From Candidatus Aldehydirespirator sp. (GTDB taxonomy: Bacteria; Actinomycetota; Acidimicrobiia; Acidimicrobiales; Aldehydirespiratoraceae): 64,000 nucleotides of DNA. Each line of letters starts with the position of its first letter. Within the stretch, counting starts at the first letter, position 1. Both the position numbers and the translations under genes were made by a program. Shown here piece after piece: positions 51,901-64,000 of this stretch. The notes beneath the pieces were generated by a model. It was not told where the DNA came from, ran no database searches, and was given only the letters and a program-made list of their open reading frames with translations. The stretch is taken from the NCBI GenBank assembly GCA_965203635.1, contig OZ241903.1:3047547-3111546 (forward strand), given 5' to 3'.

Positions 51901-54900
51901 GAGCCCGCCGCTGGGCGCGTCCTCGCCCAGCGTGATGACCAGTCCCGCGCCGGCGCCCTCCACCACCGTGGCCCCCGCCAGCGAGTAGGTCGTCGTGGCC
52001 ATGGTGGTGGCCGACACCGACGCCAGCGCCAGCAGGTCCTCGCTGCCGACGGTCCCTTGGATGACCCGCAGCTGGAAGTCGTAGGCCGTTCCCGCCTTCA
52101 GCCCCGTCACTGTGTGGGCCGCCGTCCCCGAGGCGGTCGTCCACGACGACGGCCAGCTCTGGCCGGATTCCCGGTAGCGGAACTGGTAGATGCACGCCGG
52201 GCTCGCCGAAGCGCACGCCGACGGCTCGGTCCAGCTCAGCGCGGCCGACTTCGCCGCCGTCGTGGCCGCCGCCAGCCCGGCGACGGAGGCGACGGTGACG
52301 GTGATGGTGACGGTGATGGTGTCGTCGGTGGTGGCCTCGGTCTCGTCGCCGGTGCTGTCCTTGCCGTCGGAGACGGTGACGGTGACCTCATAGGACTGCT
52401 GGTCCTCGACGGGCAGGTCGGTGGACCCGACGCTGATCTGGCCGCTGGAGCTGACCGCGAACTTCGAGCCGTCGGTCCCGCCGATGTCGAAGGTCAGCGT
52501 CTCGGTCTCGTCTGAGGGATGGGTCACCGCCAGCACCGCACCCACATCGCTGTTCATCGTGGAGCCCGCCACCGTGATGCTGCGCGTCGCGGTGTCGCCG
52601 TCGGTGAAGGAGGGGTCGTCGTTGACCGCGGTGATCGTGATCGTCAGAGTGCCGCTGTCGGTGCCGCCCGACCCGTCAGACACCGTGTACACGATCTCGT
52701 CTTCGCCGTTGGCGTTGGCGTTGGGGGTGTACTCGATCACCTTGTTGTTGCCGGTCTTGATGGCGGCGGTGCCCTTGGTGGGGCTCGTCGTGATCGCCGA
52801 CACCGACAGCGTCGTGCTGTCGATGTCGGTGTCGTTGGTGATCACGTTGATCTCGGTCTTGGCCGAGTCCTCGACGATGGTCTTGGCGTCGTCGTTGGCG
52901 ACCGGGTTGTCGTTGACGGCGTTGATGGTGATCGACACGGTGGCTGTGCTGCTGTCGTGGGTGCCGTCGTTCACCTTGTAGGTGAAGCTGTCCGAGCCGT
53001 TGGCGTTCGCATTGGGGGTGTACTCGATCACCGTGCTGCTGCCGGACTTGAGCGCCGCGGTGCCCTTGGTCGGGTTGGTCACGATCGACGCGGTGAGGGT
53101 GCCGCCCTCGGGGTCGCTGTCGTTGGAGGTGACGTTGATCTCGGTCTTGGCGGCGTCCTCGTTGATGGTCACCGAGTCGTTGACCGCGGTGGGGGCCTCG
53201 TTCACGTCGGTGACGTTGATGGTGACCGAGATCTCGTCGTCGATGGTGGTGTCGGCGTTGCCGGATGCGTTCTTGCTGTCGGTGACCTTCACCGTCACCG
53301 AGTAGCTGGCTTTGGTCTCACGGTCCAAAGACGTCCTGGTCTTGATCTGACCCGTCGTCCCCACAATCGTGAAGCTCGCCGCGTCGGTGCCGTCCAGGGT
53401 GTAGGTCAACGTGTCTCCGTTGTCGGCGTCGGTGGCGGCCACCGGGGCACCCACATTGACGACCGCCGCGGCGTTCTCAGCCACCTCCCGCGTCGCCGAC
53501 TCTCCGTCGTCGAAAGTGGGCTTGCTGTTGGCGTCGCTGATAGTGATCGTCACCGTGATGGTGTCGTCGGTGGTGGTGTCGGCGGTCCCCGAGGAGTTCT
53601 TGCTGTCCCTGACGGTGACCGTCACCGTGTAGGACTGCTGGGTCAGCACCGGCAGATCGGTGGACCCGACGCTGATCTGGCCGCTGGAGCTCACCACGAA
53701 CTTCGAGCCGTCGGTCCCGCCGATCGCGAACGTCAACGACTCGGTCTCGTCTGAGGGATGGTCCACCGCCAGCACCGCACCCACGTCGCTGTTCATCGTG
53801 GAGCCCGCCAACGTGACGCTGCGCGTCGTGGAGCGAACCCCGTCGGCGACGGTGCCCTCACTGAACGCAGGATCGTCGTTCACCGCGGTGATCGTGACCG
53901 TCAACGTGCCGCTGTCGGTGTCGGTCCCGTCAGACACCGTGTACACCACCGTGTCCTCGCCGACCGCGTCCGCGTTCGGGGTGTACTCGATCACCTTGTT
54001 GCCGGCCTTGATCGCCGCGGTGCCCTTGGACGGCGCCGTCGTGATCGCGGAGACCGACAGCGAGTCACCCTCCACGTCGGTGTCGTTGGCAACCACGTTG
54101 ACCTCGGTCTTGGCCGAGTCCTCGACAATGGTCACCGCGTCATCCACCGCCACCGGCGCATCGTTCACCGCGTTGATCGTGATCGACACCGTCGCCGTGC
54201 CGCTGTCGTGGGTGCCGTCAGACACCTTGTAGGTGAAACTGTCCGAACCGTTGACGTTGGCATTCGGGGTGTACTCGATCACCGTCGCGTCGCCGGTCTT
54301 GAGCGCCGCGGTGCCCTTGGTCGGGTTGGTCACGATCGACGCGGTCAGGGTGCCGCCCTCGGGGTCGGTGTCGTTGGAGGTGACGTTGATCTCGGTCTTG
54401 GCGGCGTCCTCGTTGATGGTCACCGAGTCGTTGACCGCAGTCGGGGCCTCGTTCACGTCGGTCACGTTGATCGTCACCGCGATCTCGTCATCGATAGTGG
54501 TGTCGGCGTTGCCGGCCGCGTTCTTGCTGTCGGTGACCTTCACCGTCACCGAATAGCTGGCTTTGGTCTCACGATCCAAAGACGTCCTGGTCTTGATCTG
54601 ACCCGTAGTCCCCACAATCGTGAACGACGAGGCGTCGGTGCCCGCCAGCGTGTAGGTCAACGTGTCTCCGTTGTCGGAGTCGGTGGCCGCCACCGCCGCG
54701 CCCACGTTGGTGACCGCCGCCGCGTTCTCGGCCACCTCCCGGGTCGCGGAGGTTCCGTCATCGAAAGTGGGCTTGCTGTTGGCGTCGCTGATAGTGATCG
54801 TCACCGTGATGGTGTCGTCTGTGACGGTGTCGGCGGTCCCCGAGGAGTTCTTGCTGTCGCGCACCGTCACGGTCACCGTGTAGGACTGCTGGGTCAACAC

Positions 54901-57900
54901 CGGCAGATCAGTGGACCCGACGCTGATCTGGCCGCTGGAGCTCACCGTGAACTTCGAGCCGTCGGTCCCGCCGATCGCGAACGTCAACGCCTCCGTCTCG
55001 TCGGTGGGATGGTCCACCGCCAGCACCGCACCCACAGCGCTGTTCATCGTGGAGCCCGCCAACGTGACGCTGCGCGTCGTGGAGCGGACCCCGTCGGCGA
55101 CGGTGCCCTCACTGAACGCAGGATCGTCGTTCACCGCGGTGATCGTCACCGTCAAAGTGCCGCTGTCGGTGTCGGTCCCATCAGACACCGTGTACACCAC
55201 CGTGTCCTCGCCGACCGCGTCCGCGTCGGGGGTGTACTCGATCACCTTGTTGCCGGTCTTGATCGCCGCGGTGCCCTTGGTCGGGCTCGTCGTGATCGCC
55301 GACACCGACAGCGAGTCACCCTCCACGTCGGTGTCATTCGCCACCACGTTGACCTCGGTCTTGGCCGAGTCCTCGACAATGGTCACCGCGTCGTCCACCG
55401 CCACCGGCGCATCGTTCACCGCGTTGATCGTGATCGACACCGTCGCCGTGCCGCTGTCGTGGGTGCCGTCAGACACCTTGTAGGTGAAACTGTCCGAACC
55501 GTTGACGTTCGCGTTCGGGGTGTACTCGATCACCGTGCTGCTGCCGGACTTGAGCGCCGCGGTGCCCTTGGTGGGGTTGGTCACGATCGACGCGGTCAGG
55601 GTGCCGCCCTCGGGGTCGCTGTCGTTGGCCGTGACGTTGATCTCGGTCTTGGCGGCGTCCTCGTTGATGGTCACCGAGTCGTTGACCGCGGTCGGGGCCT
55701 CGTTCACGTCGGTCACGTTGATCGTCACCGCGATCTCATCATCGATAGTGGTGTCGGCGTTGCCGGCCGCGTTCTTGCTGTCGGTGACCTTCACCGTCAC
55801 CGAATAGCTGGCTTTGGTCTCGCGGTCCAACGACGTCTTGGTCTTGATCTGGCCCGTCGTCCCCACAATCGTGAACGACGACGCGTCGGTGCCCGCCAGC
55901 GTGTAAGTCAACGTGTCTCCGTTGTCGGAGTCGGTGGCCGCCACCGCCGCGCCGACGTTGGTGACCGCGGCGGAGTTCTCAGCCACCTCCCGCGTCGCCG
56001 ACTCTCCGTCATCGAAAGTCGGCTTGCTGTTGGCGTCGCTGATCGTGATCGTCACCGTGATGGTGTCATCTGTGGTGGTGTCGGCGGTCCCCGAGGAGTT
56101 CTTGCTGTCGCGCACCGTCACGGTCACCGTGTAGGACTGCTGGGTCAACACCGGCAGATCAGTGGACCCGACGCTGATCTGGCCGCTGGAGCTCACCACG
56201 AACTTCGAGCCGTCGGTCCCGCCGATCGCGAACGTCAACGCCTCCGTCTCGTCTGAGGGATGGTCCACCGCCAGCACCGCACCCACGGCGCTGTTCATCG
56301 TGGAGCCCGCCAACGTCACGCTGCGCGTCGTGGAACGGACCCCGTCGCTGACGGTGCCCTCACTGAACGCAGGATCGTCATTCACCGCGGTGATCGTCAC
56401 CGTCAACGTGCCGCTGGCGGTGTCGGTCCCGTCAGACACCGTGTACACCACCGTGTCCTCGCCGACCGCGTCCGCGTTCGGGGTGTACTCGATCACCTTG
56501 TTGCCGGCCTTGATCGCGGCGGTGCCCTTCGTCGGCGCCGTCGTGATCGCCGACACCGACAGGTCGTCGCCCTCGATGTCGGTGTCGTTGGTGATCACGT
56601 TGACCTCGGTCTTGGCCGAGTCCTCGACAATGGTCACCGCGTCATCCACCGCCACCGGCGCATCGTTCACCGCGTTGATCGTGATCGACACCGTCGCCGT
56701 GCCGCTGTCGTGGGTGCCGTCAGACACCTTGTAGGTGAAACTGTCCGAACCGTTGACGTTCGCGTTCGGGGTGTACTCGATCACCGTCGCGTCGCCGGTC
56801 TTGAGCGCCGCGGTGCCCTTGGTCGGGTTGGTCACGATCGACGCGGTCAGGGTGCCGCCCTCGGGGTCGGTGTCGTTGGAGGTGACGTTGATCTCGGTCT
56901 TGGCGGCGTCCTCGTTGATGGTCACCGAGTCGTTGACCGCAGTCGGGGCCTCGTTCACGTCGGTCACGTTGATCGTCACCGCGATCTCATCATCGATAGT
57001 GGTGTCGGCGTTGCCGGCCGCGTTCTTGCTGTCGGTGACCTTCACCGTCACCGAATAGCTGGCTTTGGTCTCACGATCCAAAGACGTCCTGGTCTTGATC
57101 TGACCCGTAGTCCCCACAATCGTGAACGACGAGGCGTCGGTGCCCGCCAGCGTGTAGGTCAACGTGTCTCCGTTGTCGGAGTCGGTGGCCGCCACCGCCG
57201 CGCCCACGTTGGTGACCGCCGCCGCGTTCTCGGCCACCTCCCGGGTCGCGGAGGTTCCGTCATCGAAAGTGGGCTTGCTGTTGGCGTCGCTGATAGTGAT
57301 CGTCACCGTGATGGTGTCGTCTGTGACGGTGTCGGCGGTCCCCGAGGAGTTCTTGCTGTCGCGCACCGTCACGGTCACCGTGTAGGACTGCTGGGTCAAC
57401 ACCGGCAGATCAGTGGACCCGACGCTGATCTGGCCGCTGGAGCTCACCACGAACTTCGAGCCGTCGGTCCCGCCGATCGCGAACGTCAACGCCTCCGTCT
57501 CGTCGGTGGGATGGTCCACCGCCAGCACCGCACCCACAGCGCTGTTCATCGTGGAGCCCGCCAACGTGACGCTGCGCGTCGTGGAGCGGACCCCGTCGGC
57601 GACGGTGCCCTCACTGAACGCAGGATCGTCGTTCACCGCGGTGATCGTCACCGTCAAAGTGCCGCTGGCGGTGTCGGTCCCATCAGACACCGTGTACACG
57701 ATGGTGTCCTCGCCGACCGCGTCCGCGTTCGGGGTGTACTCGATCACCTTGCTGCCGGCCTTGATCGCGGCGGTGCCCTTCGTCGGCGCGGTCGTGATCG
57801 CCGACACCGACAGGTCGTCGCCCTCCACATCGGTGTCATTCGCCACCACGTTGACCTCGGTCTTGGCCGAGTCCTCGACAATGGTCACCGCGTCGTCCAC

Positions 57901-60900
57901 CGCCACCGGCGCATCGTTCACCGCGTTGATCGTGATCGACACCGTCGCCGTGCCGCTGTCGTGGGTGCCGTCAGACACCTTGTAGGTGAAACTGTCCGAA
58001 CCGTTGACGTTCGCATTCGGCGTGTACTCGATCACCGTCGCATCGCCCGACTTCACCGCCGCGGTGCCCTTGGTCGGATTCGTCACGATCGACGCAGTCA
58101 GGCTGCCGCCCTCGGGGTCGCTGTCGTTGGAGGTGACGTTGATCTCGGTCTTGGCGGCGTCCTCGTTGATGGTCACCGAGTCGGCGACCGCGGTCGGGGC
58201 CTCGTTCACGTCGGTCACGTTGATCGTCACCGAGATCTCATCATCGATGGCGTTGCTGGAGCCTCCGGCGGCGTCCTTGCTGTCGGTGACCTTCACCGTC
58301 ACCGAATAGCTCGACTTGGCCTCGCGGTCCAACGACGTCCTGGTCTTGATCTGGCCCGTAGTCCCCACAATCGTGAACGACGAGGCGTCGGTGCCCGACA
58401 GCGTGTAGGTCAGTCCGTCGCGGTCGGCATCGGTGGCGGCCACCGGGGCACCCACGTTGGTGACCGCCGCGGCGTTCTCGGCCACATCCCGCGTCGTGGA
58501 GTCGCCGTCGTCGAAAGTCGGCGCACGGTTGGTGCCGCTGATGGTGATCGTCACCGTGATTGTGTCGTCGGTGGTGGCCTCGGTCTCGTCTCCGGTGCTG
58601 TCCTTGCCGTCGGACACCGTCACCGTCACCTCATAGGACTGCTGGGTCACCACCGGCAGGTCGGTGGACCCGACGCTGATCTGGCCGCTGGAGCTCACCA
58701 CGAACTTCGAGCCGTCGGTCCCGCCAATCTTGAACGTCAACGACTCGGTCTCGTCTGAGGGATGCGTCACCGCCAGCACCGCGCCCACGTCGCTGTTCTT
58801 CGTGGAGCCCGCCACCGTCACGCTGCGCGTCGCGGTCGCGCCCGCAGTGAAGGACGGGTCGTCGTTGACTGCGGTGATCGTCACCGTCAAGGTGCCGCTG
58901 TCGGTGCCCCCCGACCCGTCAGACACCGTGTACACGATCGTGTCCTCGCCGTTGGCGTCGGCATTCGGGGTGTACTCGATCACCTTGCTGTCGGTCGCCT
59001 TGATCGCCGCGGTGCCCTTGGTCGGGCTCGTCGTGATCGCCGACACCGACAAAGACGTGCTGTCGATGTCGGTGTCGTTGGCGATCACGTTGACCTCGAC
59101 TTTGGCGGAGTCCTCGACGATGGTCACCGCGTCGTCGTTCGCCACCGGGTCGTCGTTCACCGCGTTGATCGTGATCGACACCGTCGCCGTGCCGCTGTCG
59201 TGGGTGCCGTCGTTCACCTTGTAGGTGAAGCTGTCCGAGCCGTTGGCGTTGGCGTTCGGGGTGTACTCGATCACCGTCGCGTCGCCGGTCTTGACCGCCG
59301 CGGTTCCCTTGGTGGGGTTCGTCACGATCGACGCGGCCAGGCTGCCGCCCTCGGGGTCGGTGTCGTTGGCGGTCACCGCGATCTCGACCTTGCCCGAGTC
59401 CTCGTTGATGGTCTTGGAGTCGTTGTTGGCGGTGGGGGCCTCGTTCACGTCGGTCACGTTGATCGTCACCGAGATCTCGTCGTCGATGGTGGTGTCGGCG
59501 TTGCCGGCCGCGTTCTTGCTGTCGGTGACCTTCACCGTCACCGAATAGCTGGCTTTGGTCTCACGGTCCAAAGACGTCCTGGTCTTGATCTGGCCCGTCG
59601 TCCCCACAATCGTGAAGCTCGAGGCGTCGGTGCCGTCGAGGGTGTAGGTCAACGTGTCGCTGCCGTCAGCGTCCGACGCCGCCACCGGGGCGCCCACGTC
59701 GGTGACCGCCGCCGCGTTCTCCGCCACCTCCCGCGTCGCCGACTCGCCGTCGTCGAAAGTCGGCTTGCTGTTGGCGTCGCTGATAGTGATCGTCACCGTG
59801 ATGGTGTCGTCGATGGTGGTGTCGGCGGTCCCCGACGAGTTCTTGCTGTCGCGCACCGTCACGGTCACCGTGTAGGTCTGCTGGGTCACCACCGGCAGGT
59901 TCGAGGACCCGACCTTGATCTGGCCGGTGTTGCTGACCGTGAACTTCGAGCCGTCGGTCCCGCCGATGGCGAACGTCAACGTGTCGCCCGTGTCGGGATG
60001 GGTCACCCCCAGCGGCGAGCCCACATTGCTGTTCGCGACGGAGCCCGCCACCGTCACACTGCGCTTCGCGGTGTCGCCGTCGCTGAACACCGGATCGTCG
60101 TTCACCGCGGTGATCGTGATCGTCAAGGTGCCGCTGTCGGTGCCCCCCGACCCGTCAGACACCGTGTACACGATGGTGTCCCTGCCGTTGGCGTTGGCGT
60201 TGGGCGTGTACTCGATCACCTTGCTGTCGGTCGCCTTGACCACGGCGGTGCCTTTGGTCGGCGCGGTCGTGATCGCGGTGACCGACAGCGAGTCACCCTC
60301 CACGTCGGTGTCGTTGGCGACCACGTTGATCTCGGTCTTGGCCGAGTCCTCGACAATGGTCACCGCGTCGTCCACCGCCACCGGCGCATCGTTCACCGCG
60401 TTGATCGTGATCGACACCGTCGCCGTGCCGCTGTCGTGGGTGCCGTCAGACACCTTGTAGGTGAAACTGTCAGAACCGTTGGCGTTGGCGTTGGGGGTGT
60501 ACTCGATCACCGTCGCATCGCCCGACTTGACCGCCGCGGTGCCCTTGGACGGGTTACTCACGATCGACGCAGTCAGGCTGCCACCCTCGGGGTCGCTGTC
60601 GTTGGAGGTGACGTTGATCTCGGTCTTGGCGGCGTCCTCGTTGATGGTCACCGAGTCGTCGGTTGCGGTGGGGGCCTCGTTGACGTCGGTCACGTTGATC
60701 GTCACCGAGATCTCATCATCGATAGTCGTGTCCGCGTTGTCGGCCGCGTTCTTGCTGTCGGTGACCTTCACCGTCACCGAATAGCTGGCTTTGGTCTCAC
60801 GGTCCAACGACGTCTTGGTCTTGATCTGGCCCGTCGTCCCCACAATCGTGAAACTCGACTTGTCGGTGCCGTCGAGGGTGTACGTGAGGGTGTCTCCGTT

Positions 60901-63900
60901 GTCGGCGTCGGTGGCGGCCACCGGGCTGCCCACGTTGGTGACCGCGGCGGAGTTCTCAGCCACCTCCCGCGTCGCCGACTCTCCGTCGTCGAAAGTGGGC
61001 TTGCTGTTGGCGTCGCTGATCGTGATCGTCACGGTGATGGTGTCGTCTGTGACGGTGTCGGCGGTCCCCGAGGAGTTCTTGCTGTCGCGCACCGTCACGG
61101 TCACGGTGTAGGACTGCTGGGTCAACACCGGCAGATCGGTCGACCCGACGCTGATCTGGCCGCTGGAGCTCACCACGAACTTCGATCCGTCGGTCCCGCC
61201 GATCGCGAACGTCAACGACTCCGTCTCGTCGGTGGGATGGACCACCGCCAGCACCGCACCCACGGCGCTGTTCATCGTGGAGCCCGCCAACGTCACGCTG
61301 CGCGTCGTGGAGCGGACCCCGTCGCTGACGGTGCCCTCACTGAACGCAGGATCGTCGTTCACCGCGGTGATCGTCACCGTCAAGGTGCCGCTGGCGGTAT
61401 CGGTCCCATCAGACACCGTGTACACCACCGTGTCCTCGCCGACCGCGTCCGCGTTCGGGGTGTACTCGATCACCTTGTTACCGGCCTTGATCGCCGCGGT
61501 GCCCTTGGTCGGCACCGTCGTGATCGCCGACACCGACAGGTCGTCGCCCTCCACGTCGGTGTCATTCGCCACCACGTTGACCTCGGTCTTGGCCGAGTCC
61601 TCCACAATGGTCACCGCGTCGTCCACCGCCACCGGCGCATCGTTCACCGCGTTGATCGTGATCGACACCGTCGCCGCGCCGCTGTCGTGGGTGCCGTCAG
61701 ACACCTTGTAGGTGAAACTGTCCGAGCCGTTGACGTTCGCGTTCGGCGTGTACTCGATCACCGTGCTGCTGCCGGACTTGAGCGCCGCGGTGCCCTTGGA
61801 CGGGTTACTCACGATCGACGCGGTCAGGCTGCCACCCTCAGGGTCGCTGTCGTTGGCGGTCACCGCGATCTCCGTCTTGGCGGCGTCCTCGTCGATGGTC
61901 ACCGAGTCGTTGACCGCAGTCGGGGCCTCGTTCACGTCGGTCACGTTGATCGTGACGGTGATCTCGTCGTCGATGGTGGTGTCCGCGTTGCCGGCGGCGT
62001 TCTTGCTGTCGGTGACTCTCACTTTGACGGTGTAGCTGGCTTTGGTCTCACGGTCCAAAGACGTCCTGGTCTTGATCTGGCCCGTCGTCCCCACAATCGT
62101 GAACGACGACGCGTCGGTGCCCGCCAGCGTGTAAGTGAGGGTGTCTCGGTTGTCGGCGTCGGTGGCGGCCACCGCCGCGCCCACGTTGACGACCGTCGCC
62201 GAGTTCTCGGCCACCTCCCGCGTCGTCGACTCGCCGTCGTCGAAGGTGGGCTTGCTGTTGGCGTCACTGATCGTGATCGTGACGGTGATGGTGTCGTCTG
62301 TGGTGGTGTCGGCGGTCCCGGACGAGTTCTTGCTGTCGCGCACCGTGACGGTCACCGTGTAGGTCTGCTGGGTCACCACCGGCAGGTTCGAGGACCCGAC
62401 CTTGATCTGGCCGCTGCTGTCCACCGTGAACTTCGAGCCGTCGGTCCCGCCGATGGCGAACGTCAACGTGTCGCCCGTGTCGGGATGCGTCACCCCCAGC
62501 GGCGAGCCCACATTGCTGTTCGCGGTGGAGCCCGCCACCGTCACACTGCGCGACGCGGTCGCGCCGTCGCTGAACACCGGGTCGTCGTTGACCGCGGTGA
62601 TCGTGATCGTCAAAGTGCCGCTGTCGGTGCCCCCCGACCCGTCAGACACCGTGTACACGATCGTGTCTTCGCCGTTGGCGTTCGCATTCGGCGTGTACTC
62701 GATCACCTTGTCGTCGGTCGCCTTGACCGCCGCGGTGCCCTTGGTCGGAGCGGTCGTGATCGCCGACACCGACAGAGACGTGCTGTCGATGTCGGTGTCG
62801 TTGGCGATCACGTTGACCTCGACTTTGGCAGAGTCCTCGTTGATGGTCACCGCGTCGTCGACCGCCACCGGGTTGTCGTTGACCGCGTTGATGGTGATCG
62901 ACACCGTGGCCGCGCTGCTCTCAAGGCTGCCGTCGGACACCTTGTAGGTGAAGCTGTCCGAGCCGTTGGCGTTGGCGTTCGGGGTGTACTCGATCACCTT
63001 GTTGCCGGTCTTGAGCGCCGCGGTTCCCTTGGACGGGTTACTCACGATCGACGCAGTCAGGGTGCCACCCTCGGGGTCGCTGTCGTTGGCCGTCACCGCG
63101 ATCTCGACCTTGCCCGAGTCCTCGTTGATGGTCACCGAGTCGGCGACCGCGGTGGGAGCCTCGTTGACGTCGGTCACGTTGATCGTCACCGAGATCTCAT
63201 CGTCGATGGCGGTGCTGGAGCCGCCGGCCGCGTTCTTGCTGTCGGTGACTCTCACTTTGACGGTGTAGCTGGCTTTGGTCTCGCGGTCCAGAGACGTCTT
63301 GGTCTTGATCTGGCCCGTGGTCCCCACAATCGTGAACGACGCCGCGTCGGTGCCCGCCAGCGTGTAGGCCAACGTGTCGCTGCCGTCAGCGTCCGACGCC
63401 GCCACCGGGGCGCCGACATCGGTGACCGCCGCCTCGTTCTCCGCCACCTCCCGCGTCGCCGACTCTCCGTCGTCGAAGGTGGGCTTGCTGTTGGCGTCGC
63501 TGATCGTGATCGTGACGGTGATGGTGTCGTCGATGACGGTGTCGGCGTTCCCCGACGAGTTCTTGCTGTCCCGCACCGTCACGGTCACCTCATAGGACTG
63601 CTGGGTCACCACCGGCAGGTCGGTTGACCCGACAGTGATCTGGCCGCTGGAGCTCACCGCGAACTTCGAGCCGTCGGTCCCGCCGATCGCGAACGTCAAC
63701 GACTCCGTCTCGTCTGAGGGGTGGTCCACCGCCAGCACCGCGCCCACGTTGCTGTTCATCGTGGAGCCCGCCACCGTCACGCTGCGCGTCGTGGAGCGGA
63801 CCCCGTCGGCGACGGTGCCCTCGGTGAAGGCGGGGTCGTCGTTCACCGCGGTGATGGTCACCGTCACGGTGCCGTCGGCGGTGCCGCCCGAGCCGTCAGA

Positions 63901-64000
63901 GACCGTGTACACGATGGTGTCCTCGCCGACCGCGTCGGCGTTGGGGGTGTACTCGATCACCTTGTTGCCGGCCTTGATCGCGGCGGTGCCCTTGGTGGGG
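26287..64000 (-). CDS. giant repetitive cell-surface protein (cadherin-like, tandem-95/VCBS-type Ig-like, FN3, Calx-beta-like and Cys-pair domains); C-terminal >12,557 aa, N-terminus outside the window
   Basis: One uninterrupted minus-strand frame runs from the right edge to TAG at 26287. The frame is still open upstream of the ORF-track GTG at 63960 (…[14 protein letters not shown]). Cadherin motifs recur (VAEN, DADxGD, LDRE, DVNEAP). Tandem-95-type units recur (INEDxxKTEINVxxNDTDPEGxxL...[22 protein letters not shown]...AVNDAP). The lipoprotein gene follows after a 59-nt gap. Confidence 0.9.
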   Translation of the reverse strand, partial: PTKGTAAIKAGNKVIEYTPNADAVGEDTIVYTVSDGSGGTADGTVTVTITAVNDDPAFTEGTVADGVRSTTRSVTVAGSTMNSNVGAVLAVDHPSDETESLTFAIGGTDGSKFAVSSSGQITVGSTDLPVVTQQSYEVTVTVRDSKNSSGNADTVIDDTITVTITISDANSKPTFDDGESATREVAENEAAVTDVGAPVAASDADGSDTLAYTLAGTDAASFTIVGTTGQIKTKTSLDRETKASYTVKVRVTDSKNAAGGSSTAIDDEISVTINVTDVNEAPTAVADSVTINEDSGKVEIAVTANDSDPEGGTLTASIVSNPSKGTAALKTGNKVIEYTPNANANGSDSFTYKVSDGSLESSAATVSITINAVNDNPVAVDDAVTINEDSAKVEVNVIANDTDIDSTSLSVSAITTAPTKGTAAVKATDDKVIEYTPNANANGEDTIVYTVSDGSGGTDSGTLTITITAVNDDPVFSDGATASRSVTVAGSTANSNVGSPLGVTHPDTGDTLTFAIGGTDGSKFTVDSSGQIKVGSSNLPVVTQQTYTVTVTVRDSKNSSGTADTTTDDTITVTITISDANSKPTFDDGESTTREVAENSATVVNVGAAVAATDADNRDTLTYTLAGTDASSFTIVGTTGQIKTRTSLDRETKASYTVKVRVTDSKNAAGNADTTIDDEITVTINVTDVNEAPTAVNDSVTIDEDAAKTEIAVTANDSDPEGGSLTASIVSNPSKGTAALKSGSSTVIEYTPNANVNGSDSFTYKVSDGTHDSGAATVSITINAVNDAPVAVDDAVTIVEDSAKTEVNVVANDTDVEGDDLSVSAITTVPTKGTAAIKAGNKVIEYTPNADAVGEDTVVYTVSDGTDTASGTLTVTITAVNDDPAFSEGTVSDGVRSTTRSVTLAGSTMNSAVGAVLAVVHPTDETESLTFAIGGTDGSKFVVSSSGQISVGSTDLPVLTQQSYTVTVTVRDSKNSSGTADTVTDDTITVTITISDANSKPTFDDGESATREVAENSAAVTNVGSPVAATDADNGDTLTYTLDGTDKSSFTIVGTTGQIKTKTSLDRETKASYSVTVKVTDSKNAADNADTTIDDEISVTINVTDVNEAPTATDDSVTINEDAAKTEINVTSNDSDPEGGSLTASIVSNPSKGTAAVKSGDATVIEYTPNANANGSDSFTYKVSDGTHDSGTATVSITINAVNDAPVAVDDAVTIVEDSAKTEINVVANDTDVEGDSLSVTAITTAPTKGTAVVKATDSKVIEYTPNANANGRDTIVYTVSDGSGGTDSGTLTITITAVNDDPVFSDGDTAKRSVTVAGSVANSNVGSPLGVTHPDTGDTLTFAIGGTDGSKFTVSNTGQIKVGSSNLPVVTQQTYTVTVTVRDSKNSSGTADTTIDDTITVTITISDANSKPTFDDGESATREVAENAAAVTDVGAPVAASDADGSDTLTYTLDGTDASSFTIVGTTGQIKTRTSLDRETKASYSVTVKVTDSKNAAGNADTTIDDEISVTINVTDVNEAPTANNDSKTINEDSGKVEIAVTANDTDPEGGSLAASIVTNPTKGTAAVKTGDATVIEYTPNANANGSDSFTYKVNDGTHDSGTATVSITINAVNDDPVANDDAVTIVEDSAKVEVNVIANDTDIDSTSLSVSAITTSPTKGTAAIKATDSKVIEYTPNADANGEDTIVYTVSDGSGGTDSGTLTVTITAVNDDPSFTAGATATRSVTVAGSTKNSDVGAVLAVTHPSDETESLTFKIGGTDGSKFVVSSSGQISVGSTDLPVVTQQSYEVTVTVSDGKDSTGDETEATTDDTITVTITISGTNRAPTFDDGDSTTRDVAENAAAVTNVGAPVAATDADRDGLTYTLSGTDASSFTIVGTTGQIKTRTSLDREAKSSYSVTVKVTDSKDAAGGSSNAIDDEISVTINVTDVNEAPTAVADSVTINEDAAKTEINVTSNDSDPEGGSLTASIVTNPTKGTAAVKSGDATVIEYTPNANVNGSDSFTYKVSDGTHDSGTATVSITINAVNDAPVAVDDAVTIVEDSAKTEVNVVANDTDVEGDDLSVSAITTAPTKGTAAIKAGSKVIEYTPNADAVGEDTIVYTVSDGTDTASGTLTVTITAVNDDPAFSEGTVADGVRSTTRSVTLAGSTMNSAVGAVLAVDHPTDETEALTFAIGGTDGSKFVVSSSGQISVGSTDLPVLTQQSYTVTVTVRDSKNSSGTADTVTDDTITVTITISDANSKPTFDDGTSATREVAENAAAVTNVGAAVAATDSDNGDTLTYTLAGTDASSFTIVGTTGQIKTRTSLDRETKASYSVTVKVTDSKNAAGNADTTIDDEIAVTINVTDVNEAPTAVNDSVTINEDAAKTEINVTSNDTDPEGGTLTASIVTNPTKGTAALKTGDATVIEYTPNANVNGSDSFTYKVSDGTHDSGTATVSITINAVNDAPVAVDDAVTIVEDSAKTEVNVITNDTDIEGDDLSVSAITTAPTKGTAAIKAGNKVIEYTPNADAVGEDTVVYTVSDGTDTASGTLTVTITAVNDDPAFSEGTVSDGVRSTTRSVTLAGSTMNSAVGAVLAVDHPSDETEALTFAIGGTDGSKFVVSSSGQISVGSTDLPVLTQQSYTVTVTVRDSKNSSGTADTTTDDTITVTITISDANSKPTFDDGESATREVAENSAAVTNVGAAVAATDSDNGDTLTYTLAGTDASSFTIVGTTGQIKTKTSLDRETKASYSVTVKVTDSKNAAGNADTTIDDEIAVTINVTDVNEAPTAVNDSVTINEDAAKTEINVTANDSDPEGGTLTASIVTNPTKGTAALKSGSSTVIEYTPNANVNGSDSFTYKVSDGTHDSGTATVSITINAVNDAPVAVDDAVTIVEDSAKTEVNVVANDTDVEGDSLSVSAITTSPTKGTAAIKTGNKVIEYTPDADAVGEDTVVYTVSDGTDTDSGTLTVTITAVNDDPAFSEGTVADGVRSTTRSVTLAGSTMNSAVGAVLAVDHPTDETEALTFAIGGTDGSKFTVSSSGQISVGSTDLPVLTQQSYTVTVTVRDSKNSSGTADTVTDDTITVTITISDANSKPTFDDGTSATREVAENAAAVTNVGAAVAATDSDNGDTLTYTLAGTDASSFTIVGTTGQIKTRTSLDRETKASYSVTVKVTDSKNAAGNADTTIDDEIAVTINVTDVNEAPTAVNDSVTINEDAAKTEINVTSNDTDPEGGTLTASIVTNPTKGTAALKTGDATVIEYTPNANVNGSDSFTYKVSDGTHDSGTATVSITINAVNDAPVAVDDAVTIVEDSAKTEVNVVANDTDVEGDSLSVSAITTAPSKGTAAIKAGNKVIEYTPNADAVGEDTVVYTVSDGTDTDSGTLTVTITAVNDDPAFSEGTVADGVRSTTRSVTLAGSTMNSDVGAVLAVDHPSDETESLTFAIGGTDGSKFVVSSSGQISVGSTDLPVLTQQSYTVTVTVRDSKNSSGTADTTTDDTITVTITISDANSKPTFDDGESATREVAENAAAVVNVGAPVAATDADNGDTLTYTLDGTDAASFTIVGTTGQIKTRTSLDRETKASYSVTVKVTDSKNASGNADTTIDDEISVTINVTDVNEAPTAVNDSVTINEDAAKTEINVTSNDSDPEGGTLTASIVTNPTKGTAALKSGSSTVIEYTPNANANGSDSFTYKVNDGTHDSSTATVSITINAVNDNPVANDDAKTIVEDSAKTEINVITNDTDIDSTTLSVSAITTSPTKGTAAIKTGNNKVIEYTPNANANGEDEIVYTVSDGSGGTDSGTLTITITAVNDDPSFTDGDTATRSITVAGSTMNSDVGAVLAVTHPSDETETLTFDIGGTDGSKFAVSSSGQISVGSTDLPVEDQQSYEVTVTVSDGKDSTGDETEATTDDTITVTITVTVASVAGLAAATTAAKSAALSWTEPSACASASPACIYQFRYRESGQSWPSSWTTASGTAAHTVTGLKAGTAYDFQLRVIQGTVGSEDLLALASVSATTMATTTYSLAGATVVEGAGAGLVITLGEDAPSGGLGFTVTAGYASPAAGKASSGDVGTITTPVTVTGGTRTLTVTVPTVDDNIAEGAETFTVTVTPTGTNSPGWVELSMGSGTATVTINDNDTAGVTVGAASVSVFAGSTTTYTLVLDTKPAANVVITPASGTAAAATVTGQAKTFTPADWDQPQEVTVTGVAAGASTITHTVTSSGDAKYPTGLSIASVAATVTPTLSVGEFDTIGQFPTKHPTKDGGLLYEGTSVEFMLTGTGWTAGAYKGEFCETASYKGVESVAVTGCDTANAVDITVGSDGALSATMTYTVPDSGIPADGVAIRVRSAGGSQSATLRVVHAPGVIEWEVSSVTRNDGTVEANPGDVDLTALAPGDTVAFAVQGSKWIVGLVVPIVCRLPQGGLRQINFANSSNFCFLALSPITVTDDGWTHTATYTVPAGGLPPYGLAVSAGDANGVQGNAAVVIGAGTAPSVSVQPANRADVVGDGSKEFTVSGSDWTAGPKVTYQFFQRWNIGALKSEFCTIPDGGLEAITDDHCDGDNAATISLPTTNTPLGSFSGHKTTYTPPAGGIPAGGVAIRVRREVGATVGGIGNVALPAPHTMESAVALAIPAAVTVSKDKVSVAAADGTATYTVVLGVEPSGNVVIAPTSSATAKATVGGALTFTPTDWSVPQQVTVTGKQVGTATVAHAVTASADPRYPVGMGIGSVAVTVENSAPTFDDGDSATREVAENAAAVVDVGAPVAATDADSSDTLTYTLAGDDAASFTIVGTSGQIKTKTSLDRETKSSYSVTVKVTDSKNAAGETDTAIDDEIAVTINVTDVNEAPTAVDDSVTIDEDSGKTEIAVTSNDTDPEGDDLTAVDVSDPANGTAAVKTGDGGVIEYTPDANFSGTDTFTYKVSDGTLKSAATATVTVTVTAVNDAPVAVDDAVTIVEDSAKTEINVIANDTDVEGDSLSVSAITTAPTKGTAAVKATDDKVIEYTPNADAVGEDTVVYTVSDGTDTASGTLTVTITAVNDDPAFSEGTVSDGVRSTTRSVTLAGSTMNSAVGAVLAVDHPSDETETLTFGIGGTDGSKFVVSSSGQISVGSTDLPVATQQSYEVTVTVSDGKDSTGDETEATTDDTITVTITISDANSKPTFDDGESTTREVAENAAAVTNVGAPVAASDSDSDDTLTYTLAGTDASSFTIVGTTGQIKTRSSLDRESKSSYSVTVKVTDSKDGAGGASTAIDDEIAVTINVTDVNEAPTATDDSVTINEDAAKTEIAVTSNDTDPESGTLTASIVTNPTKGTAAVKSGDATVIEYTPNANANGEDSFTYKVNDGTHDSSTATVTVTINAVNDNPVAVDDAVTIVEDSAKTEVNVIANDTDIDSTSLSVSAITTAPTKGTATVKATDSKVIEYTPNADAVGEDEIVYTVSDGSGGTASGTLTVTITAVNDDPAFSEGTVSDGVRSTTRSVTLAGSTMNSAVGAVLAVDHPTDETEALTFAIGGTDGSKFTVSSSGQISVGSTDLPVATQQSYTVTVTVRDSKNSSGTADTTTDDTITVTITISDANSKPTFDDGDSATREVAENSAAVTNVGAPVAASDSDGSDTLAYTLAGTDAASFTIVGTTGQIKTRTSLDHEAKDSYSVTVKVTDGKDGAGGTSTAIDDEISVTINVTDVNEAPTAVNDSVTINEDAAKTEINVTANDTDPEGGTLTASIVTNPTKGTAALKSGSSTVIEYTPNANVNGSDSFTYKVNDGTHDSGTATVSITINAVNDAPVAVDDAVTIVEDSAKTEVNVITNDTDVEGDDLSVSAITTSPTKGTAAIKTGSKVIEYTPNADAVGEDTVVYTVSDGTDTDSGTLTVTITAVNDDPAFSEGTVSDGVRSTTRSVTLAGSTMNSDVGAVLAVDHPSDETESLTFAIGGTDGSKFTVSSSGQISVGSTDLPVLTQQSYTVTVTVRDSKNSSGTADTVIDDTITVTITISDANSKPTFDDGESATREVAENSAAVVNVGAAVAATDADNGDTLTYTLDGTDKSSFTIVGTTGQIKTRTSLDRESKASYSVTVKVTDSKNAAGNADTTIDDEISVTINVTDVNEAPTAVNDSVTIDEDSGKTEIAVTSNDTDPESGTLTASIVTNPSKGTAALKSGSSTVIEYTPNANVNGSDSFTYKVSDGTHDSGTATVSITINAVNDAPVAVDDAVTIVEDSAKTEINVITNDTDVEGDSLTVTAITTSPTKGTAAIKTGNKVIEYTPDADAVGEDTIVYTVSDGTDTASGTLTVTITAVNDDPAFSEGTVADGVRSTTRSVTLAGSTMNSDVGAVLAVDHPTDETEALTFAIGGTDGSKFTVSNTGQISVGSTDLPVLTQQTYTVTVTVRDSKNSSGTADTTTDDTITVTITISDANSKPTFDDGTSATREVAENAAAVTNVGSPVAATDADNSDTLTYTLDGTDASSFTIVGTTGQIKTKTSLDRETKASYSVTVKVTDSKNASGNADTTIDDEISVTINVTDVNEAPTAVNDSVTINEDAAKTEINVTANDTDPEGGTLTASIVTNPTKGTAAVKTGDATVIEYTPNANVNGSDSFTYKVNDGTHDSSTATVSITINAVNDAPVAVDDAKTIVEDSAKTEINVITNDTDIDSTTLSVSAITTAPTKGTATIKTTDSKVIEYTPNADAVGEDTVVYTVSDGTDTDSGTLTITITAVNDDPAFSEGTVSDGVRSTTRSVTLAGSTMNSAVGAVLAVDHPTDETETLTFAIGGTDGSKFTVSSSGQISVGSTDLPVATQQSYEVTVTVSDGKDSSGDETEATTDDTITVTITISGTNRAPAFDDGDSATREVAENSAAVVNVGAPVAASDADRDTLTYTLAGTDAASFTIVGTSGQIKTKTSLDRETKASYSVTVKVTDSKNAAGNADTTIDDEISVTINVTDVNEAPTAVNDSVTINEDSGKTEIAVTSNDTDPENGSLTASIVTNPTKGTAALKSGSSTVIEYTPNANANGSDSFTYKVNDGTHDSSTATVSITINAVNDAPVAVDDAKTIVEDSAKTEINVVANDTDVEGDSLSVSAITTAPTKGTATIKATDSKVIEYTPNADAVGEDTVVYTVSDGTDTDSGTLTITITAVNDDPAFSEGTVSDGVRSTTRSVTLAGSTMNSAVGAVLAVDHPTDETEALTFGIGGTDGSKFVVSSSGQISVGSTDLPVLAQQSYEVTVTVSDGKDSSGDETEATTDDTITVTITISDANSKPTFDDGDSATREVAENSAAVVNVGAPVAATDADNGDTLTYTLAGTDAASFTIVGTTGQIKTRTSLDRETKASYSVTVKVTDSKNASGNADTTIDDEISVTINVTDVNEAPTAVNDSVTINEDSGKTEIAVTSNDTDPESGTLTASIVTNPTKGTAAVKSGDATVIEYTPNANVNGSDSFTYKVNDGTHDSGTATVSITINAVNDDPVAVDDAKTIVEDSAKVEINVITNDTDIDSTTLSVSAITTAPTKGTAAVKATDSKVIEYTPNADAVGEDTVVYTVSDGSGGTASGTLTVTITAVNDDPAFSEGTVSDGVRSTTRSVTLAGSTMNSAVGAVLAVDHPTDETEALTFGIGGTDGSKFVVSNSGQISVGTTDLPVSTQQTYTVTVTVSDGKDSTGDETEATTDDTITVTITISDANSKPTFDDGTSATREVAENSAAVVNVGAPVAATDADSSDTLTYTLDGTDKSSFTIVGTTGQIKTRTSLDRESKASYSVTVKVTDSKNASGNADTTIDDEIAVTINVTDVNEAPTATDDSVTIDEDSGKTEIAVTSNDTDPESGTLTASIVTNPTKGTAAVKTGDATVIEYTPNANVNGSDSFTYKVNDGTHDSGTATVSITINAVNDDPVAVDDAKTIIEDSAKVEINVIANDTDIDSTSLSVSAITTAPTKGTATVKATDSKVIEYTPNANANGEDTIVYTVSDGSGGTASGTLTVTITAVNDDPVFSDGDTAKRSVTLAGSTANSNVGSPLGVTHPSDETEALTFAIGGTDGSKFVVSSTGQISVGTSNLPVSTQQSYTVTVTVRDSKNSSGTADTTTDDTITVTITISDANSKPTFDDGTSATREVAENSAAVVNVGAPVAATDADSSDTLTYTMTGTDAASFTIVGTTGQIKTKTSLDRETKASYSVTVKVTDSKNASGNADTTIDDEISVTINVTDVNEAPTAVNDSVTINEDAGKTEINVTSNDTDPEGGTLTASIVTNPTKGTAALKSGSSTVIEYTPNANANGSDSFTYKVSDGTHDSGTATVSITINAVNDAPVAVDDAKTIVEDSAKTEINVVANDTDVEGDSLTVTAITTAPTKGTATVKATDSKVIEYTPNANANGEDTVVYTVSDGTDTASGTLTVTITAVNDDPVFSDGDTAKRSVTLAGSTANSNVGSPLGVTHPSDETEALTFTIGGTDGSKFVVSNSGQISVGTSNLPVSTQQSYTVTVTVRDSKNSSGTADTTTDDTITVTITISDANSKPTFDDGTSATREVAENSAAVTNVGAPVAATDADSSDTLTYTMTGTDAASFTIVGTTGQIKTKTSLDRETKASYSVTVKVTDSKNASGNADTTIDDEISVTINVTDVNEAPTAVNDSVTINEDAGKTEINVTSNDTDPEGGTLTASIVTNPTKGTAALKSGSSTVIEYTPNANVNGSDSFTYKVNDGTHDSGTATVSITINAVNDAPVAVDDAVTIVEDSAKTEINVVANDTDVEGDSLTVTAITTAPTKGTAAIKTGNKVIEYTPNANANGEDTVVYTVSDGTDTASGTLTVTITAVNDDPVFSDGDTAKRSVTLAGSTANSNVGSPLGVTHPSDETEALTFTIGGTDGSKFVVSNSGQISVGTSNLPVSTQQSYTVTVTVRDSKNSSGTADTTTDDTITVTITISDANSKPTFDDGDSTTRSVAENAAAVTNVGAPVAATDADSSDTLTYTMTGTDAASFTIVGTTGQIKTKTSLNRETKSSYSVTVKVTDSKNASGNADTAIDDEISVTINVTDVNEAPTATDDSVTINEDSATTEIAVTSNDTDPESASLTASIVTNPTKGTAALKSGSSTVIEYTPNANANGSDSFTYKVNDGTHNSSAATVTITITAVNDNPAFDEGTVANEVRTTTRSITPAAATANAKVGDALAVDHPDNESETLTYTIGGTDGSKFVVSSSGQISVGSNALPVETQQSYTVTVTVTDGIDADGDPEQTPTTDDTITVTINITTGPAITVFLKSDTSTEVTSLTKSGSYTFTVKGTGWTSSVVGDLGVLLTACFLPAGDADLNLLTDCDSDGLAEVIGVTAREGSQDLTTMYGTASEALTALNLISRSWPTFTVATDGTFTQDMTIAVPAGGTIITAVTGPFDINKLLAGTVDLTSTTKHKVAVDSIAGLSAATTTSSVKLTWTNASFCTSTAPACSYWVRHKKSADSEWSSWANTGWTSGAPAHTVSSLDENTSYDFELQRREGTGNSQVVVNEGSVTASTKASNRKPTFDDGTSATRSVAENSPTSTNVGSPVAASDSDSGDTLTYSMTGTDASSFTIDTSSGQIRTSAALNHETKDSYSVTVKVTDGKNAAGATDTTTDDTIAVTINVTDVNEAPTATNDAKTINEDSGKTEINVIANDTDPEDDTLSAVIATNPTKGTAALKSGSTTVIEYTPNANAFGKDSFTYKASDGTLQSAAATVTITITGINDKPVAVADSKTINEDSGKVEIDVTANDTDADNDDLTASIVTNPTKGTAAVKTGDAGVIEYTPNANANGSDSFTYKVNDGTVDSTAVTVSITINAVNDAPVGVADTKTINEDSGKTEVNVIANDTDVEGDTLSVTAITTAPTKGTAAIKNGSTTVIEYTPKADAFGKDKIVYTVSDGSATGSGTLTITITGINDKPVAVADSKTINEDSGKVEIDVTANDTDADGDTLTASIVTNPTKGTAAVKSGDAGVIEYTPNANANGSDSFTYKVNDGTVDSDTVTVSITINAVNDAPVGVADTKTINEDSAKVEINVIANDTDVEGDTLSVTAITTSPTKGTAAIKNGSTTVIEYTPNANANGEDRIVYTVSDGTDTASGTLTITITAVNDDPVFSEGATATRSITLAGAVANSAVGAALGVTHPDTGDTLTFAIGGTDGSKFVVSSSGQISVGTTNLPVATQQSYTVTVTVRDSKNASGTADTTTDDTITVTITISDSNRKPTFDDGTSTTRSVAENAAAVVNVGAAVAASDADNDALTYTLDGTDKSSFTIVATTGQIKTKTSLNREAKSSYSVTVKVTDKKTATGSADTAIDDEISVTINVTNVNEGPTAVNDSKTINEDSGKVEIDVTANDTDPEGDTLTASIVTSPTKGTAAVKTGDAGVIEYTPNANANGSDSFTYTVSDGSITSSAATVSITINAVNDPPVATDDTKTINEDSAKVEINVITNDTDIDSTTLSVSAITTAPTKGTAAIKATDSKVIEYTPKANANGEDTIVYTVSDGSGGTDSGTLTITITALNDDPEFSDGTTAKRSVTVAGSVANSKVGSALGVTHPSDETESLTFAIGGTDGSKFVVSSSGQISVGTTNLPVATQQSYTVTVTVRDSKNASGTADTTTDDTITVTITVSDTNSQPTFDDGTSTTRSVAENSAAVVNVGSPVAATDADGSDTLTYTMTGTDASSFTISGTTGQIQTKTSLDRETKSSYSVTVKVTDSKNAAGNADTTIDDEISVTINVTDVNEAPTAVADSVTVNEDSGTTEIAVTSNDTDPENDSLTASIVTNPTKGTAALKSGSSTVIEYTPNANANGSDSFTYKVNDGSLDSAAATVSITINAVNDDPVFSEGATTTRSITVAGSTANSAVGAALGVTHPDTGDTLTFGIGGTDASKFTVSSSGQISVGTSNLPAGTQQSYEVTVTVRDSKDSSGEADTDTDDTITVTITITGANRVPAFPSATATRSVAETASAGSNVGAPLAATDADNDTLTYTMTGTDAASFDFESGASGGQIKTKAALDSSTKSSYEVTVNVSDGKNASGGTDNTVDASVTVTINVTEVDASISIAPWTTEANVSHPTRDGGGLYPGNTANFAVSGQDWTSTSLYGVFCAVPSGGVGAITNSDCDNTRRVAIPASGGSFSSVAMTYRTPASGVPADGVAIRVSNSDGSQAPTESATILAIHAPAVIEFTVTAVVKGGTAVAAPQSEDLTALNPGDTVTFNFTSSKWISTVPIVAVLFCRSPQGELRQIGLGNAANFCRIASIGESSGTINQAVANGRWQRTMTYTVPTGGLPPYGVFISAGDQPRIQGQAVSIIGPGTAPSVSVTPADRDSLSAGGTHTFTVSGANWTAGPSTTVWSMGSVYGEFCTVGSGGLEAITAADCSADGRVTITVPASGSPLGTFSGVTMTYAVPDGGVPDRGLAIRVRRDVNDLTLAQPHTLESAVALAVPAETKPLITVVPVDRDTLSPGSAQAFRVTGQNWTDGSLTAVFCTIPAAGAGAIEDSDCDTANQQTITVSGGSFNVDMRYPVPAEGVPARGVAIRVANSDGTETDTAVVIPAGGATIEVTPATVGRDTLDAGDTQPFTVSGSSWTAAELLAEFCTVPPAGAGSITDAECSADGRVTITPTGGSFSGESMTYTVPPEGVPAGGVAIRVSDSDPAGDESAVAVVIPAAPPEGGPQITVSPGFVDRNSLSVGEKKTFTVRGSGWTLAPFGAFCVIPPGGIDAASRSDCDITYTVQVLELGPGGTFTISITYTVPADGIPERGVVIGFGDPTETEIAFQLVISAVPGAEVQPPEVWVPTPEVDRTDLKPGEEQDIEVSVSGLNTETVVVAVCRIPPGGVEEITAADCDLVTSVTESVTGGNASVSVMHEVPEDGVPRGGVAVVVFDPDAQASPPAPAPALSISPVSPSTVDRSMLAPGDRQVFMVSGTHWTSESVLLAFCATPASSGEDPGGEDGSGGEDSGEDSSGGDGCDWGAAVPVAPSDGSFTVRMAYVVPSGGVPADGVTVSALGVPADVAEAAGTLGVETAASLGAEAATVVAIPPAVQPVISVSPPGVERSERATRKWWTFTVSGSGWTPEPVSVAFCEMGAGGVGEIGADGCDEPVGSATPDAGGAFSVGVLYRAPEEGVPPYGVALRASSADGAVTVEVMESLLPKTLKPLIATPIVRAFAAPTVSVAAVSPAPIDRSTLAPGDRQLVVVSGTNWASESVSLVLCETPAGGLGSVNAGSCTGGEVTAAPSAGAFAVRVSYTVPAGGLPESGVAVLVTGSDGEESAAAVVIEAAPRPAVSASPEVDRDTLRARQTVEFTVTGANWSAASLSGVFCELTEDGIDAIADAGCDGPGGVDVTVAEGGFTATMTYTVPSGGPPEGGVAIRFTSSDGAESAAAVVIAPEPPSGPWITVTPKSVDRAAAAPGGKYEFTVTGGNWSLDLFGLFCAIPAGGIEVMGQTDCDISNLTPITPGSDGTITATLTYTVPPSGPPAYGVAVAVGDPAQIETAEAAVIAAAEPGTEPVIRTGPWFEVEPESVDRADAAAGSRHEFQLTGGNWTLGLLALFCTVPAAGADSISPTDCDIINRTSITPNSDGTISATLAYTVPAGGPPAAGVAILVGDSAQIESAVLVVIPAEP
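31000..35590 (-). repeat. divergent repeat block III (irregular units, including five consecutive T95 domains)
   Basis: These are cadherin/T95 units with altered stoichiometry (1 Cad + 5 T95 + Cad; Cad + 2 T95 + Cad; Cad + 1 T95 + Cad + Cad). A 576-nt sub-period is visible at 34190/34766. Confidence 0.8.
36400..49850 (-). repeat. super-repeat block II (about 11 units of ~1.25 kb)
   Basis: Same four-domain unit. For example, antisense ORFs start at 38039, 39275, 40514, 41774, 43031, 44285, 45536, 46787, 48044 and 49304. Confidence 0.9.
52300..64000 (-). repeat. super-repeat block I (about 9.4 units of ~1.25 kb)
   Basis: Each unit encodes cadherin-A, T95-1, T95-2 and cadherin-B (~417 aa). The periodicity also shows as identical antisense ORFs in the track every 1236-1260 nt. 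Confidence 0.9.

Noticed and set aside
31000-64000. Regular periodicity that might be mistaken for a CRISPR or satellite array
   Set aside because: The period is ~1.25 kb and the whole region is one continuous coding frame. There are no short repeat/spacer units and no cas genes.

Overview
High-GC, Actinomycetota-like chromosomal window in three parts. (1) 1-10.9 kb is ordinary metabolism. It holds a minus-strand purine-nucleoside uptake/deamination operon (ABC ATPase fragment, BMP lipoprotein, adenosine deaminase, amidohydrolase), an ArsI/CadI glyoxalase-fold gene, an overlapping pair of acyl-CoA dehydrogenase genes, tRNA-Pro(UGG), and a two-gene xanthine-dehydrogenase-family molybdoenzyme. 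(2) 10.9-19.4 kb is accessory DNA. A DUF4143-type AAA ATPase is bracketed by a 266-bp direct duplication of the xdh 3' end. A visibly lower-GC island follows, carrying a soluble T4CP (TraD/VirD4)-like ATPase convergent with a vWA(TerY)-PP2C-Ser/Thr-kinase triad. In this triad the kinase is a membrane receptor with an extracytoplasmic PD40/TolB-type propeller. The core genes for a HIT-family protein and thrS follow. (3) 22.3-64 kb is a cell-surface locus: an SLH-domain protein, a PE-rich cadherin lipoprotein, and a giant repeat protein (>12,557 aa, N-terminus off-window). The giant protein is built from about 23 copies of a four-domain ~1.25-kb super-repeat, two interrupting FN3-containing modules, and a C-terminal array of 13 copies of an apparently uncharacterised Cys-pair domain. 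No rRNA, CRISPR array, integrase or transposase was seen. All calls rest on reading the translations and sequence by eye; no database search was run.
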